From Coriobacteriales bacterium (GTDB taxonomy: Bacteria; Actinomycetota; Coriobacteriia; Coriobacteriales; UBA8131): a DNA stretch of 57,978 nt. This document shows positions 49,980-57,978 of the stretch, one piece after another (position 1 is the stretch's first letter; the number at the start of each line of letters is the position of its first letter). The stretch spans positions 1 through 57,978 of the forward strand of contig JAIRQA010000128.1 of NCBI GenBank assembly GCA_031256715.1, given 5' to 3'. A program made the position numbers and the translations under genes. The notes beneath the pieces were generated by a model that worked only from the letters and a program-made list of their open reading frames with translations, did no database searches and had not been told where the DNA came from.

Positions 49980-49990
49980 AAGACACCACT

Positions 49991-51898
49991 TTAATGCCGA
50001 AAGTGACGATGACCGGTAAAGACAAGTGCAATGCCAGCTTCGTTAGCGGCAGCTATGACTTCCTCGTCACGAACAGAACCGCCGGGTTGAATTACGGCAA
50101 CAACGCCACCATCAGTTAACACTTTAAGTGAATCTGCAAATGGCATAAACGCGTCGCTGGCGGCTACAGCACCTTGAGCTAAATCACCAGCTTGTTTTAT
50201 GGCAAGCTCTGCCGAATTAACACGATTTGGCTGACCGGCTCCAATACCTATACTAGCATAATCTTTAGCTATTAAAATAGCATTGCTTTTAACTGACTTG
50301 CAAGCACGCCAGGCAAACAGTAACTCATCAAATTGTTCTGGTGTTGGCTTTACATCTGTAGGAAAAGAAAACTCGGCAGGATTTTCGTTTACAGAGTCGG
50401 CGGTCATAGCAAGTATGCCACCTTCTATACTGCGATATTCTAGCGACGCACCTGCAGGATTTATGCCCCCTGTTACAAGTATACGAGCACTAGGTTTTTG
50501 TTTAAGCAACTCTAACGCGCCATCTTCATACTCTGGCGCAACCATAGCCTCAATAAACTGACCGTTGTTAAAAATTGCTTGTACCAGTTCTGTTGTCACT
50601 GTTCTATTAAAAGCCATAACTCCGCCAAATGCGCTAACCGGGTCGCAATCATGTGCTTTTTGATAAGCAGCTGTTATGGAACTGTCTAAAGCTATTCCAC
50701 ATGGCGTAAGGTGCTTAACAATCACTGCCGCTGGCTTATCATTGGCACTGCAAAACTCTCGAACTGCCGCCCAAGCAGCATCTAGATCTAAATAATTATT
50801 GTAAGAAAGCTCCTTACCCTGAAGTTGCTTTGCGTTGGCAAGCAAATATTCGCTATTCTGCTTACCACAATCTGTGCTTGACCCAACGTAAAATGCTGCC
50901 TGCTGGTGCGGATTTTCTCCATAGCGTAAATTGGCGGACTTTCGTAAAAAGAGACGCTTATCGTTAGCAAAACTGTTAGTAAAACTGTTAGCAAAGCTGT
51001 TAGCAAAGCTGTCGCGTTGTGAATCGTCACCCTTTTGTGCATCATCACCCTTTTGCACATAACCACCATTTTGCGAATCACTACCCTGTGTGGCAAGCCA
51101 ACTATAAATAGCATTGTCATAGGCAGATGTTAGTTTAAATACCTCTAAAGCTAAGCTTTGACGCGTAGCATAACTTAAGCAACCGCCAAGCTCATGCATC
51201 TCTGCTATTATGCTAGCATAACTTTCGGGTGCAGTTACAACCGCAACCGATGCATGGTTTTTGGCAGCAGAGCGCAACATAGACGGTCCGCCGATATCTA
51301 TATTTTCTATGGCAAGTTCATAAGTAACGTCTGCGCGAGCAATTGTGGCTTCGAAGGCGTAAAGATTAACCACTACCATGTCTATCATGCCTATACCATG
51401 CTCGCTAGCTTGTTGCATGTGCTCTTGCAAGTCGCGCCTTGCAAGTAGACCACCATGTACGCGCGGGTGTAAAGTCTTTACTCGCCCATCCATCATCTCG
51501 GGAAAGCCGGTTAGTTCATCGATGGTCTTAACTGGCAATCCCGCATCTATTAATACCTTAGCTGTACCTCCGGTAGAGACAAGCTCCACAGCAAATTGCT
51601 CATGTAAGGCTTTAGCGAAGTTAACTATGCCTGATTTGTTGGTAACAGAGAGCAATGCGCGCTTAATTATCGGCTCTGATTTTAGGTCAGATTTGGTCTT
51701 TGTATCCAAATCCAGCTTAAGACCAGAATCTAGATTTGCGCAAGCGTCAGACTTAAGGTCAGAATCGGTATTTGCGCAAGCGTCAGACTTAAGACCAGAA
51801 TCGGGATTTGCGCAAGCGTCAGAATTAAGACCAGAATCGGGATTTGCGCAAGCGTCAGACCTAAGGTTGTATTCGGTTTTATTAAGAGCATCAGACAT
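49991..51898 (-). CDS. purH: Bifunctional AICAR transformylase/IMP cyclohydrolase
   Basis: RALLSV, STGGT, GRVKTLHP, IDIGGP, LRYGENPHQ, LSYNN, KSNA, SDAF, QPGGS, RHFRH. Confidence 0.97.
   Translation of the reverse strand: MSDALNKTEYNLRSDACANPDSGLNSDACANPDSGLKSDACANTDSDLKSDACANLDSGLKLDLDTKTKSDLKSEPIIKRALLSVTNKSGIVNFAKALHEQFAVELVSTGGTAKVLIDAGLPVKTIDELTGFPEMMDGRVKTLHPRVHGGLLARRDLQEHMQQASEHGIGMIDMVVVNLYAFEATIARADVTYELAIENIDIGGPSMLRSAAKNHASVAVVTAPESYASIIAEMHELGGCLSYATRQSLALEVFKLTSAYDNAIYSWLATQGSDSQNGGYVQKGDDAQKGDDSQRDSFANSFANSFTNSFANDKRLFLRKSANLRYGENPHQQAAFYVGSSTDCGKQNSEYLLANAKQLQGKELSYNNYLDLDAAWAAVREFCSANDKPAAVIVKHLTPCGIALDSSITAAYQKAHDCDPVSAFGGVMAFNRTVTTELVQAIFNNGQFIEAMVAPEYEDGALELLKQKPSARILVTGGINPAGASLEYRSIEGGILAMTADSVNENPAEFSFPTDVKPTPEQFDELLFAWRACKSVKSNAILIAKDYASIGIGAGQPNRVNSAELAIKQAGDLAQGAVAASDAFMPFADSLKVLTDGGVVAVIQPGGSVRDEEVIAAANEAGIALVFTGHRHFRH
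50963..51058 (-). repeat. In-frame 18-bp and 12-bp repeats in the PurH inter-domain linker
   Basis: QKGDDA QKGDDS; SFAN SFAN SFTN SFAN. Confidence 0.9.
51676..51865 (-). repeat. About 5 x 36-bp in-frame repeat forming the PurH N-terminal extension
   Basis: L[RNK]SDACAN[PTL]DS[GD] four times plus a degenerate copy. Confidence 0.95.
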
Positions 51899-51920
51899 AA
51901 TTTGTAGCTATCCTTTCTTC

Positions 51921-52790
51921 CTAACACAATATGCCAAATAGTAACAGCATTACAACTATTGTCAGAGTGCTAATTAGCTCGCAAACGGTGAGTTGTGTGT
52001 TAGCAAGGCGTGTGCGGTTCTCGCCTTGATAACAACGACTCTCCATAGCAAGAGCTAACGTGTCGGCACGCCTAAATAGACTAACAAAAAGCGGAATTAA
52101 AACAGGCACATAGGCACGAAGTCGACGTATGGGACCGCCCTGATTAAAGCGTTGCCCGCGTGCAGACATGGCAAAGACCAACTTTTCTGCCTGCTCTGAA
52201 ATTAAGGGAATAAAGCGCAACGCAATAGAAAACATCATGGCAACATCTTCAACTGGCACTTTGATGCGAGCAAGCGGACGTAAAAGTTGCGAGATAGAAC
52301 TGGTAAGTGTAACAATAGAGCTTGTTATTGTTAACAGCGTTGTGGCAGAAATCAAAGCAAAGATACGCGTGACAAAGAAGAGTCCCTCTAAAGCTCCAAC
52401 CGGTTTAAAAGCAAAGCTTCCCCAAATAGGAACAAAATCAGGAATACCATCAAGAAAAACGCTCGCAAAAAAATCAGGAATTAAAGGCGGCAGATTAAGT
52501 GGCTCTGCTGTTGTCACAGAAGGGTCATACGTAAGTGTAAACGCATGTGCGCAAAAAGTAAAAGCTAGGATAAATGCCACAGGTAGCAACCCTCTAAAGG
52601 CCATAACGAGTGAAATCCGCGCAATAAAATAGCATGCTAGCAAGATAGCAACACCTATTATCATTGCAAGCGAAGTTTGAATCAAAAAAAGTGCTGCCAC
52701 ATAAGCAGCGAGTAACAGTAATTTCATGCGAGCATCAAGTCGGTGCAGTATGCTATCGCCAGCGATATATTGTCCAAGTGGCATGCGCAT
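51921..52790 (-). CDS. ecfT: ECF transporter transmembrane component T
   Basis: GQYIAGDSILHRLDARMK, SIALRFIP, ARG, LALAMESRCY. Confidence 0.92.
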   Translation of the reverse strand: MRMPLGQYIAGDSILHRLDARMKLLLLAAYVAALFLIQTSLAMIIGVAILLACYFIARISLVMAFRGLLPVAFILAFTFCAHAFTLTYDPSVTTAEPLNLPPLIPDFFASVFLDGIPDFVPIWGSFAFKPVGALEGLFFVTRIFALISATTLLTITSSIVTLTSSISQLLRPLARIKVPVEDVAMMFSIALRFIPLISEQAEKLVFAMSARGQRFNQGGPIRRLRAYVPVLIPLFVSLFRRADTLALAMESRCYQGENRTRLANTQLTVCELISTLTIVVMLLLFGILC

Positions 52791-54991
52791 TACAAGCCTG
52801 CCCTGACTGCATGATATCTGCTATTTATTCTTAGCGCACGACTGGCTACTGTCGCTACATCTAAACTATATTCATTGGGCGACATACCCATACGCTGCTG
52901 AAAATCCAAAAGCGCCGGTAGCTTTAAGCCAGCATCAACCAATGTAAACGCAGAGGCAACCAATTCAGCCGCAGAGCCGGAAAACGTCACCCTACCATGC
53001 TTTAGTACACTCACTTTATCGGCCAATGGTAAAAAGGCGTCAATATCGTGGCTAACAAGCACAACGGCTACGCCGCTTGCGCGAAGTTTCATTAGCATAC
53101 CAACAATCTGAGCGACACCATGACTATCTAAGCCTGAAGTAGGTTCATCAAATAGCACTACACGCTGCCGCATTGCCAAGACAGTTGCAATAGCGACGCG
53201 TCGAGCCTGCCCGCCACTTAGTGTAAATGGCGAGCGTGAAGAAAAATCACTAGGACTTAAGGCAACATCTTCTAAAGCGTCGTTAACGTATTCGCGCAAA
53301 AGAGCAGCATCGTTACCGCGACCTGTATTGCGAAGACCAAATGCGATATCGTCAAAAACAGTGGTGGCAAATAGCTGATCTTCAGGATTTTGAAAAACCA
53401 AACCAATATCGCCTGGCAGTGGTGCAATACCAGAGTCGCAAAGAGTTACACTCCCGCAAGAAGGTGGCAAAAGACCCGCAGCTATTCTTAGAAGCGTCGA
53501 TTTCCCCGAACCATTTACACCAACCAAAAGATGAAGTTCGCCCGCCGCAATTTTAAGATTTACGTTATTTAACACTTTTTTGCTTACGTCAACTTTTTTG
53601 CTACCCGCTTCGCTGTAGGCAAATGAAACATTTTTTATGTTGAGAAGCACCTCGCGCTGCTTAAAGCCATCGCTGTTGTTGCTCTTAGTTATGTTGAGAA
53701 GTGCCTCACGCTCTTTAGTGTCGCCGCTGTCGCTAGCCTTAATGTCTAGAGTCTCGCGCTGTTCTAAAGCACCATTATTGTTAGTTAATGAGCTTAAAGC
53801 CTCGCTGTGACATTTAGCGCCATAGACTGAGGTCTTCTCGACATTAAAAATTTTTACTTCATGTTGCTTGTCATTGCAGCAATGTAAGTGCGATGCGTGT
53901 TGCGACATATTAGTTTGCTTTGCGCCGGTATGGCTTAAATCTCTGTTTGCGGCATCAATTTTAGAGGTAGCGATCGCATTAGCTCCTCTAAGTATGGCGT
54001 TTGTTAAACCTGCAGGTGAAAGTTGCTTAGTGTTAATAGACAGACCAAAACTAGAAAGTTGATGCGCCAATTGCAAAAGCGGACTAACGCTTATAGCCAG
54101 CGACTTAAACTCTTGTGTGTTTTGCAAGTATAGCTCCCACAATTTTTTGCTGCTTCCACTGAATGCAACCTGTCCATTTTGCAGCACCACTACTTCATCT
54201 GCGCGCAAGGCTTCATCTAAGCTGTGGGTAACAAGCAGCAGCCCATGCCCACTAGCACTAAGCACAGCAAGCGCTTTTTGAACTTCGCTTGCGGCAGTAG
54301 TATCTAACATCGAGGTTGGCTCATCTAATACCAGATAGTCAGGCTGCATAGACAGACAAGAGGCTATCACTAACCTCTGCTTTTGACCACCGCTAAGACT
54401 ATTAGGGTCGCGCTTGCCAAAATCTTCAGTTGTAAAACCTACAGAAACCAGTGCCTGTGCCACGCGTTTTTCTATCTCGTCTGCTGGCACACAAAGATTT
54501 TGAGGCCCAAAAGCAACTTCGTCTTTTACAGATGTCGTAAGAATCTGGTCATCTGGATCTTGCATGACTAATGCGACATGGCGGCGTATTGATTCATAAT
54601 TTGTAATGTCTGCCGCATCTGCTACGTCATTTGTCATAACGCTAACATGCGTTTCTGTTTTTTCTTCGGTTGTTTTTATAACTGCTGCTTTTGCTGCAGC
54701 ACCTGCAAAAGCATCAAAAACAGCAACGTCTGCTGAGTTGTGCAAAGCGTCGCCAACAGAGTAGTCTACAGGGTTGTTCACAGGATTGTCCGCGGCATCG
54801 GCTATGATGCTAACAGTGCCGCTGTCAGGAATTAAGAGTGCGTTTGCCAATCTAGCAAGTGTAGATTTTCCAGAGCCATTAGCACCTAAAATTGCAAGGG
54901 TACTTCCTTTTGCTACAGCGCACGAAACATGCTTTAGCGCTGGAATAGTGTCAGTTGGATATGTAAATGTTATAGCATTAAAACTTAGCAT
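52790..54991 (-). CDS. ecfA: Fused tandem ECF ATPase (EcfA-EcfA')
   Basis: Two ABC cassettes (GxNGSGKST, LSGGQ, DEPTS each); likely start MLSFNAITFTY at 54991; repeat insertions at about 53637-53760 and 54683-54800. Confidence 0.88.
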   Translation of the reverse strand: MLSFNAITFTYPTDTIPALKHVSCAVAKGSTLAILGANGSGKSTLARLANALLIPDSGTVSIIADAADNPVNNPVDYSVGDALHNSADVAVFDAFAGAAAKAAVIKTTEEKTETHVSVMTNDVADAADITNYESIRRHVALVMQDPDDQILTTSVKDEVAFGPQNLCVPADEIEKRVAQALVSVGFTTEDFGKRDPNSLSGGQKQRLVIASCLSMQPDYLVLDEPTSMLDTTAASEVQKALAVLSASGHGLLLVTHSLDEALRADEVVVLQNGQVAFSGSSKKLWELYLQNTQEFKSLAISVSPLLQLAHQLSSFGLSINTKQLSPAGLTNAILRGANAIATSKIDAANRDLSHTGAKQTNMSQHASHLHCCNDKQHEVKIFNVEKTSVYGAKCHSEALSSLTNNNGALEQRETLDIKASDSGDTKEREALLNITKSNNSDGFKQREVLLNIKNVSFAYSEAGSKKVDVSKKVLNNVNLKIAAGELHLLVGVNGSGKSTLLRIAAGLLPPSCGSVTLCDSGIAPLPGDIGLVFQNPEDQLFATTVFDDIAFGLRNTGRGNDAALLREYVNDALEDVALSPSDFSSRSPFTLSGGQARRVAIATVLAMRQRVVLFDEPTSGLDSHGVAQIVGMLMKLRASGVAVVLVSHDIDAFLPLADKVSVLKHGRVTFSGSAAELVASAFTLVDAGLKLPALLDFQQRMGMSPNEYSLDVATVASRALRINSRYHAVRAGL

Positions 54992-55162
54992 TTTTTGTAT
55001 TTTTACGCCTAATAATCTGTTCTGGCACTTCTTATTTGCCTGTTGTCGGGTACAATATAATCGGTTCATAACATGGTACCAAATTTGTATTATAAGCAAT
55101 GTTGCTAGAAATGCACCAATTTGATTGATGGCAAAATCTTGTGGAGCACCCACGCTATCGCC

Positions 55163-55230
55163 TATGCAATCATGCACGCAGTCTTGCGTACAGACATGCA
55201 CGCAGATATGCATACAGATATGCATACAGA
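55163..55230. repeat. 12-bp tandem array in the divergent ecfA/antiporter intergenic region
   Basis: atgcacgcagat / atgcatacagat units. Confidence 0.85.
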
Positions 55231-55275
55231 CAACTTTGTCACCAACTTTTATTGATGCTTTTCAGAAAGAGGCAT

Positions 55276-56895
55276 ATGTTTACCGCACTAATACTTGGTT
55301 CGTTAATAGTTATAGTCTGCATTGCCGCGTCATCTACACTTAAGCGCTTTGGCGTTCCGGCACTAATTATGTTTTTAATTTTGGGACTTTTGGCAGGCTG
55401 GGTTGGTCCATGGGGACCAATTTATTATGACGATTATGAATTTGCCGAAAACATCTGCTCTATAGCTTTAGTCTTTATAATATTTTATGGCGGCTTTGGC
55501 ACCAACTGGAAGACCGCAAGACCAGTTCTTGGCGAAAGCATAATATATTCGACACTAGGTGTTTTAATAACTGCGGGCATAGTTACACTTTTCATGCATT
55601 TTGTCTTTGCCATTGGCTGGGCAGAGAGTTTCTTAATTGGCTCTGTTGTTTCTTGTATAGATGCGGCTTCTATCTTTTCTATCCTTCGCTCAGAGAAACT
55701 TTCGTTGCGCTTTAACACTGCATCGGTTTTAGAGATTGAAGGCGGTTGCAATGATTTACCTGCCTATATACTTACACTTGCGGCATTAATTATTCTTATT
55801 GGCGAAAATGCCACAACTGTTTTTACTAGCATGCTAGTACAACTTATTGTTGGTGTCTGCGTAGGAATTGTTATTGCCATAGGTACCGTTTGGATATTAA
55901 AAAAAGTTGGACATCACCTACATGAAGGCATGAACTTGCTTTTAGTTCTTGCGGTCTCTGTACTATCCTATGCCTTGGCAGAATTCTTTAGTGGAGCAGG
56001 CTATTTAGCAACTTATCTTTGCGGAATTATCTTAGGTAATGCAAAAATCCCAAAAAGAGCGCATATTGTTACCCTGTTTGACTCTATAGACTGGTTAGCG
56101 CAGATTATGATTTTTTTCTTGTTGGGTTTAATGGCTGTGCCAGAACGTCTGCCCTCAATGATAGTTCCCGCTCTGACTCTTACTATATTTCTAGTAGTAG
56201 TTGCAAGACCAATTGCCACTTTTGCCATATTCCCACTGTTTAAACCTGATGGCATTCGCAATGGTTGGCGCAAATGTCTGTTTATATCTTGGGCAGGCAT
56301 ACGCGGCGCGGCATCCATTGTTTTTGTCTTTCTTGCGTTGTCGTCTGAGGCACATTTGCAAACCGATCTTTTTTCCTTAATCTTTATTGTCGCTTTACTT
56401 TCTATAACCGTTCAGGGTACGCTTTTTCCGCAAATGGCTAAATGGCTAAATATGGTGGACACAGAAAGTGATTATCATCTTTCGTTTAACGACTTTCAGG
56501 AACAGAGCGCACATTCGTTTTTTCGCATTGCCATTAATGAAGAACATGGTTGGGCCAACCGCCAAATAAAGGAGATTCCAGTTGGCGACAGCTTGCTTAT
56601 AGTAATGATTAAACGTGGTTCGCGCACGGTGACACCACGGGGCGACACAAAAATATTGCCAGGCGATGTCGTGGTTTTATCTGGTGAGCAATATACAGGC
56701 GATGCTAACACACAAATAACTCAGTTTTTAGTTGAGGCAAATAGCGAATGGTCTGATAAACAGATTAAGGATTTAACTATTCCCGCAAACACTTTAATAG
56801 TTAGTGTTGTGCGCGAAGATGGCAGTGCAGTAACGCCTAAAGGTTGGGTGCGCATACACACAGGTGACACATTGACACTCTTTAATTGGGATTAG
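55276..56895 (+). CDS. K+/H+ antiporter (CvrA/NhaP2-like) with two C-terminal RCK_C domains
   Basis: IIFYGGFGT, DAASIFSILR, LEIEGGCND, WAGIRGA, PRGDT and PKG; AGAGG before ATG 55276. Confidence 0.88.
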   Translation: MFTALILGSLIVIVCIAASSTLKRFGVPALIMFLILGLLAGWVGPWGPIYYDDYEFAENICSIALVFIIFYGGFGTNWKTARPVLGESIIYSTLGVLITAGIVTLFMHFVFAIGWAESFLIGSVVSCIDAASIFSILRSEKLSLRFNTASVLEIEGGCNDLPAYILTLAALIILIGENATTVFTSMLVQLIVGVCVGIVIAIGTVWILKKVGHHLHEGMNLLLVLAVSVLSYALAEFFSGAGYLATYLCGIILGNAKIPKRAHIVTLFDSIDWLAQIMIFFLLGLMAVPERLPSMIVPALTLTIFLVVVARPIATFAIFPLFKPDGIRNGWRKCLFISWAGIRGAASIVFVFLALSSEAHLQTDLFSLIFIVALLSITVQGTLFPQMAKWLNMVDTESDYHLSFNDFQEQSAHSFFRIAINEEHGWANRQIKEIPVGDSLLIVMIKRGSRTVTPRGDTKILPGDVVVLSGEQYTGDANTQITQFLVEANSEWSDKQIKDLTIPANTLIVSVVREDGSAVTPKGWVRIHTGDTLTLFNWD

Positions 56896-56913
56896 CCCTT
56901 TTGGGCTCATGGC

Positions 56914-57978
56914 TTAAACGTTAGTTGCTAGCCACGCCTCAGCATCTTCAAGGATCTTCTCTAAATCATCTTCTGAAAGTATAGGAACACCTAGCTGTTG
57001 GGCACGAGTTAACTTTGAGCCAGCAGACGCGCCAGCAACAACATAGGAGGTCTTGGCCGATACAGAACCTGACGCCTTGGCGCCTAATGTCACAAGCGAA
57101 GCCTCGGCAGCACTACGGGCATGACGTTGAAGCGTACCGGTAAGCACAAATGTTAAACCTGCTAGAGGTTTAGGCGCTGCGGCCTGCTTTTGCTCTTCGT
57201 CGTTTAACTGCATGTTAAGGCCAAGCTCTTCTAGCTCGCTAATGAGCGCTAGATTTTGCTCGGTCTTAAAGAAATCTAATAAGGTTTGAGCAATTACTGG
57301 GCCTACACCCTCTATACACTCAATCTGCTCTAATGAGGCCTTAGACAAGGCGCTCATGCTACCAAAATGTTGTGCCAAGACGTCTGCTAACTGTTTGCCT
57401 ATATTGCGAATGCCTAATCCAAATAGCAATCTGGCAAATGGCCGATTTCTACTGGCAGCTATCTGCTCGTAGACTTTAGTAGCAACGGTCTTACCCACAA
57501 GACAAGGTTCAGTTTCATAATCGCCTGTCTTCTCGCGCTTCTCTAAAGACATCGAACGTACAAACTTCTGCTCCCCTGTTGGCGTGGCAGCGATTTGGCT
57601 CACACTAAGCTTATAAAAGTCACAAATATTGCTTAGCAGACCCTGCTCTACTAGTTTCTCTATTAGTTTAGAGCCCAAGCCATCAATATCCATGGCGCCA
57701 CGGCTTACCCAATGCTCCAGACGTTCTTGTGCCTGAGCCGGGCATTCGGCACTTAGGCAGCGCCAAGCAACTGCGTCCTCGTCTTTGTAAACCTTTGACC
57801 CACAAGAAGGACATATAGATGGCATTTGCCATACAGCTGCAGATGCAGGACGCAAAGACAAAACAGGGCCTAGCACCTCAGGTATAACATCACCTGCCTT
57901 GCGAATGATTATAGTGTCGCCAACGCGAACATCTTTTCGCTGTACTTCGTCGGCGTTGTGCAAAGTAGCACGAGCGAC
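56914..57978 (-). CDS. ligA: NAD-dependent DNA ligase, 3' part (start lies beyond the window)
   Basis: RATLHN, KAGDVIPE, CPSCGS zinc finger, MDIDGLG, HhH motifs, BRCT (FVLTG, SVSAKT, GSKL). Confidence 0.96.
   Translation of the reverse strand, partial: VARATLHNADEVQRKDVRVGDTIIIRKAGDVIPEVLGPVLSLRPASAAVWQMPSICPSCGSKVYKDEDAVAWRCLSAECPAQAQERLEHWVSRGAMDIDGLGSKLIEKLVEQGLLSNICDFYKLSVSQIAATPTGEQKFVRSMSLEKREKTGDYETEPCLVGKTVATKVYEQIAASRNRPFARLLFGLGIRNIGKQLADVLAQHFGSMSALSKASLEQIECIEGVGPVIAQTLLDFFKTEQNLALISELEELGLNMQLNDEEQKQAAAPKPLAGLTFVLTGTLQRHARSAAEASLVTLGAKASGSVSAKTSYVVAGASAGSKLTRAQQLGVPILSEDDLEKILEDAEAWLATNV

Noticed and set aside
51378-51941. 187-aa antisense ORF and similar short antisense ORFs throughout the window
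   Set aside because: Shadows of well-supported genes on the opposite strand, often prolonged by stop-free repeats
54992-55275. N-terminal extensions of ecfA (to 55225) and the antiporter (from 55141) in the ORF track
   Set aside because: They overlap head-to-head across the stop-free 12-bp array; conserved domains and RBS point to starts at 54991 and 55276

Overview
Bacterial chromosome segment, mostly housekeeping. Gene content and order (recN-steA, PycB-AccB fusion, LigA type) suggest an actinobacterium of the Coriobacteriia type (inference); spot counts put GC in the low-40s %. From left to right it holds a surface-polysaccharide locus (two GT2 genes, priming sugar transferase, DegT-family aminotransferase, Wzm/Wzt); pheS, pheT, prfA, prmC, tsaC and rpiB on the minus strand; a hybrid histidine kinase paired with an HD-GYP response regulator; a pycB/accB-accC-asp23-nusB-xseB-dxs-tlyA-nadK-recN-steA cluster; tRNA-Gln(UUG); a 2256-aa surface protein; fhs-fchA-folD; two CPA1 antiporters; a stand-alone Hpt, birA and a MATE; an orphan type IV pilin; ecfA-ecfT-purH; and the 3' part of ligA. 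No transposase, integrase, cas gene or true CRISPR array is visible. Four signals stand out. (1) Locally generated duplications are pervasive: about 15 genes, several essential, carry in-frame repeat insertions, with 18/30/36-bp units recurring. (2) Four independent loci show 'repeat-unique spacer-repeat' duplications with a 70-74 bp period, including a perfect 36-bp repeat around a 34-bp insert that rewrote the rpiB stop. (3) A strong internal ribosome-binding site could release free AccB from the fused carboxylase gene. (4) A possible c-di-GMP circuit links an Arg-rich motif in the kinase, the HD-GYP regulator, the orphan Hpt and a structured pilin leader. All calls come from motif recognition by eye; no searches were run.
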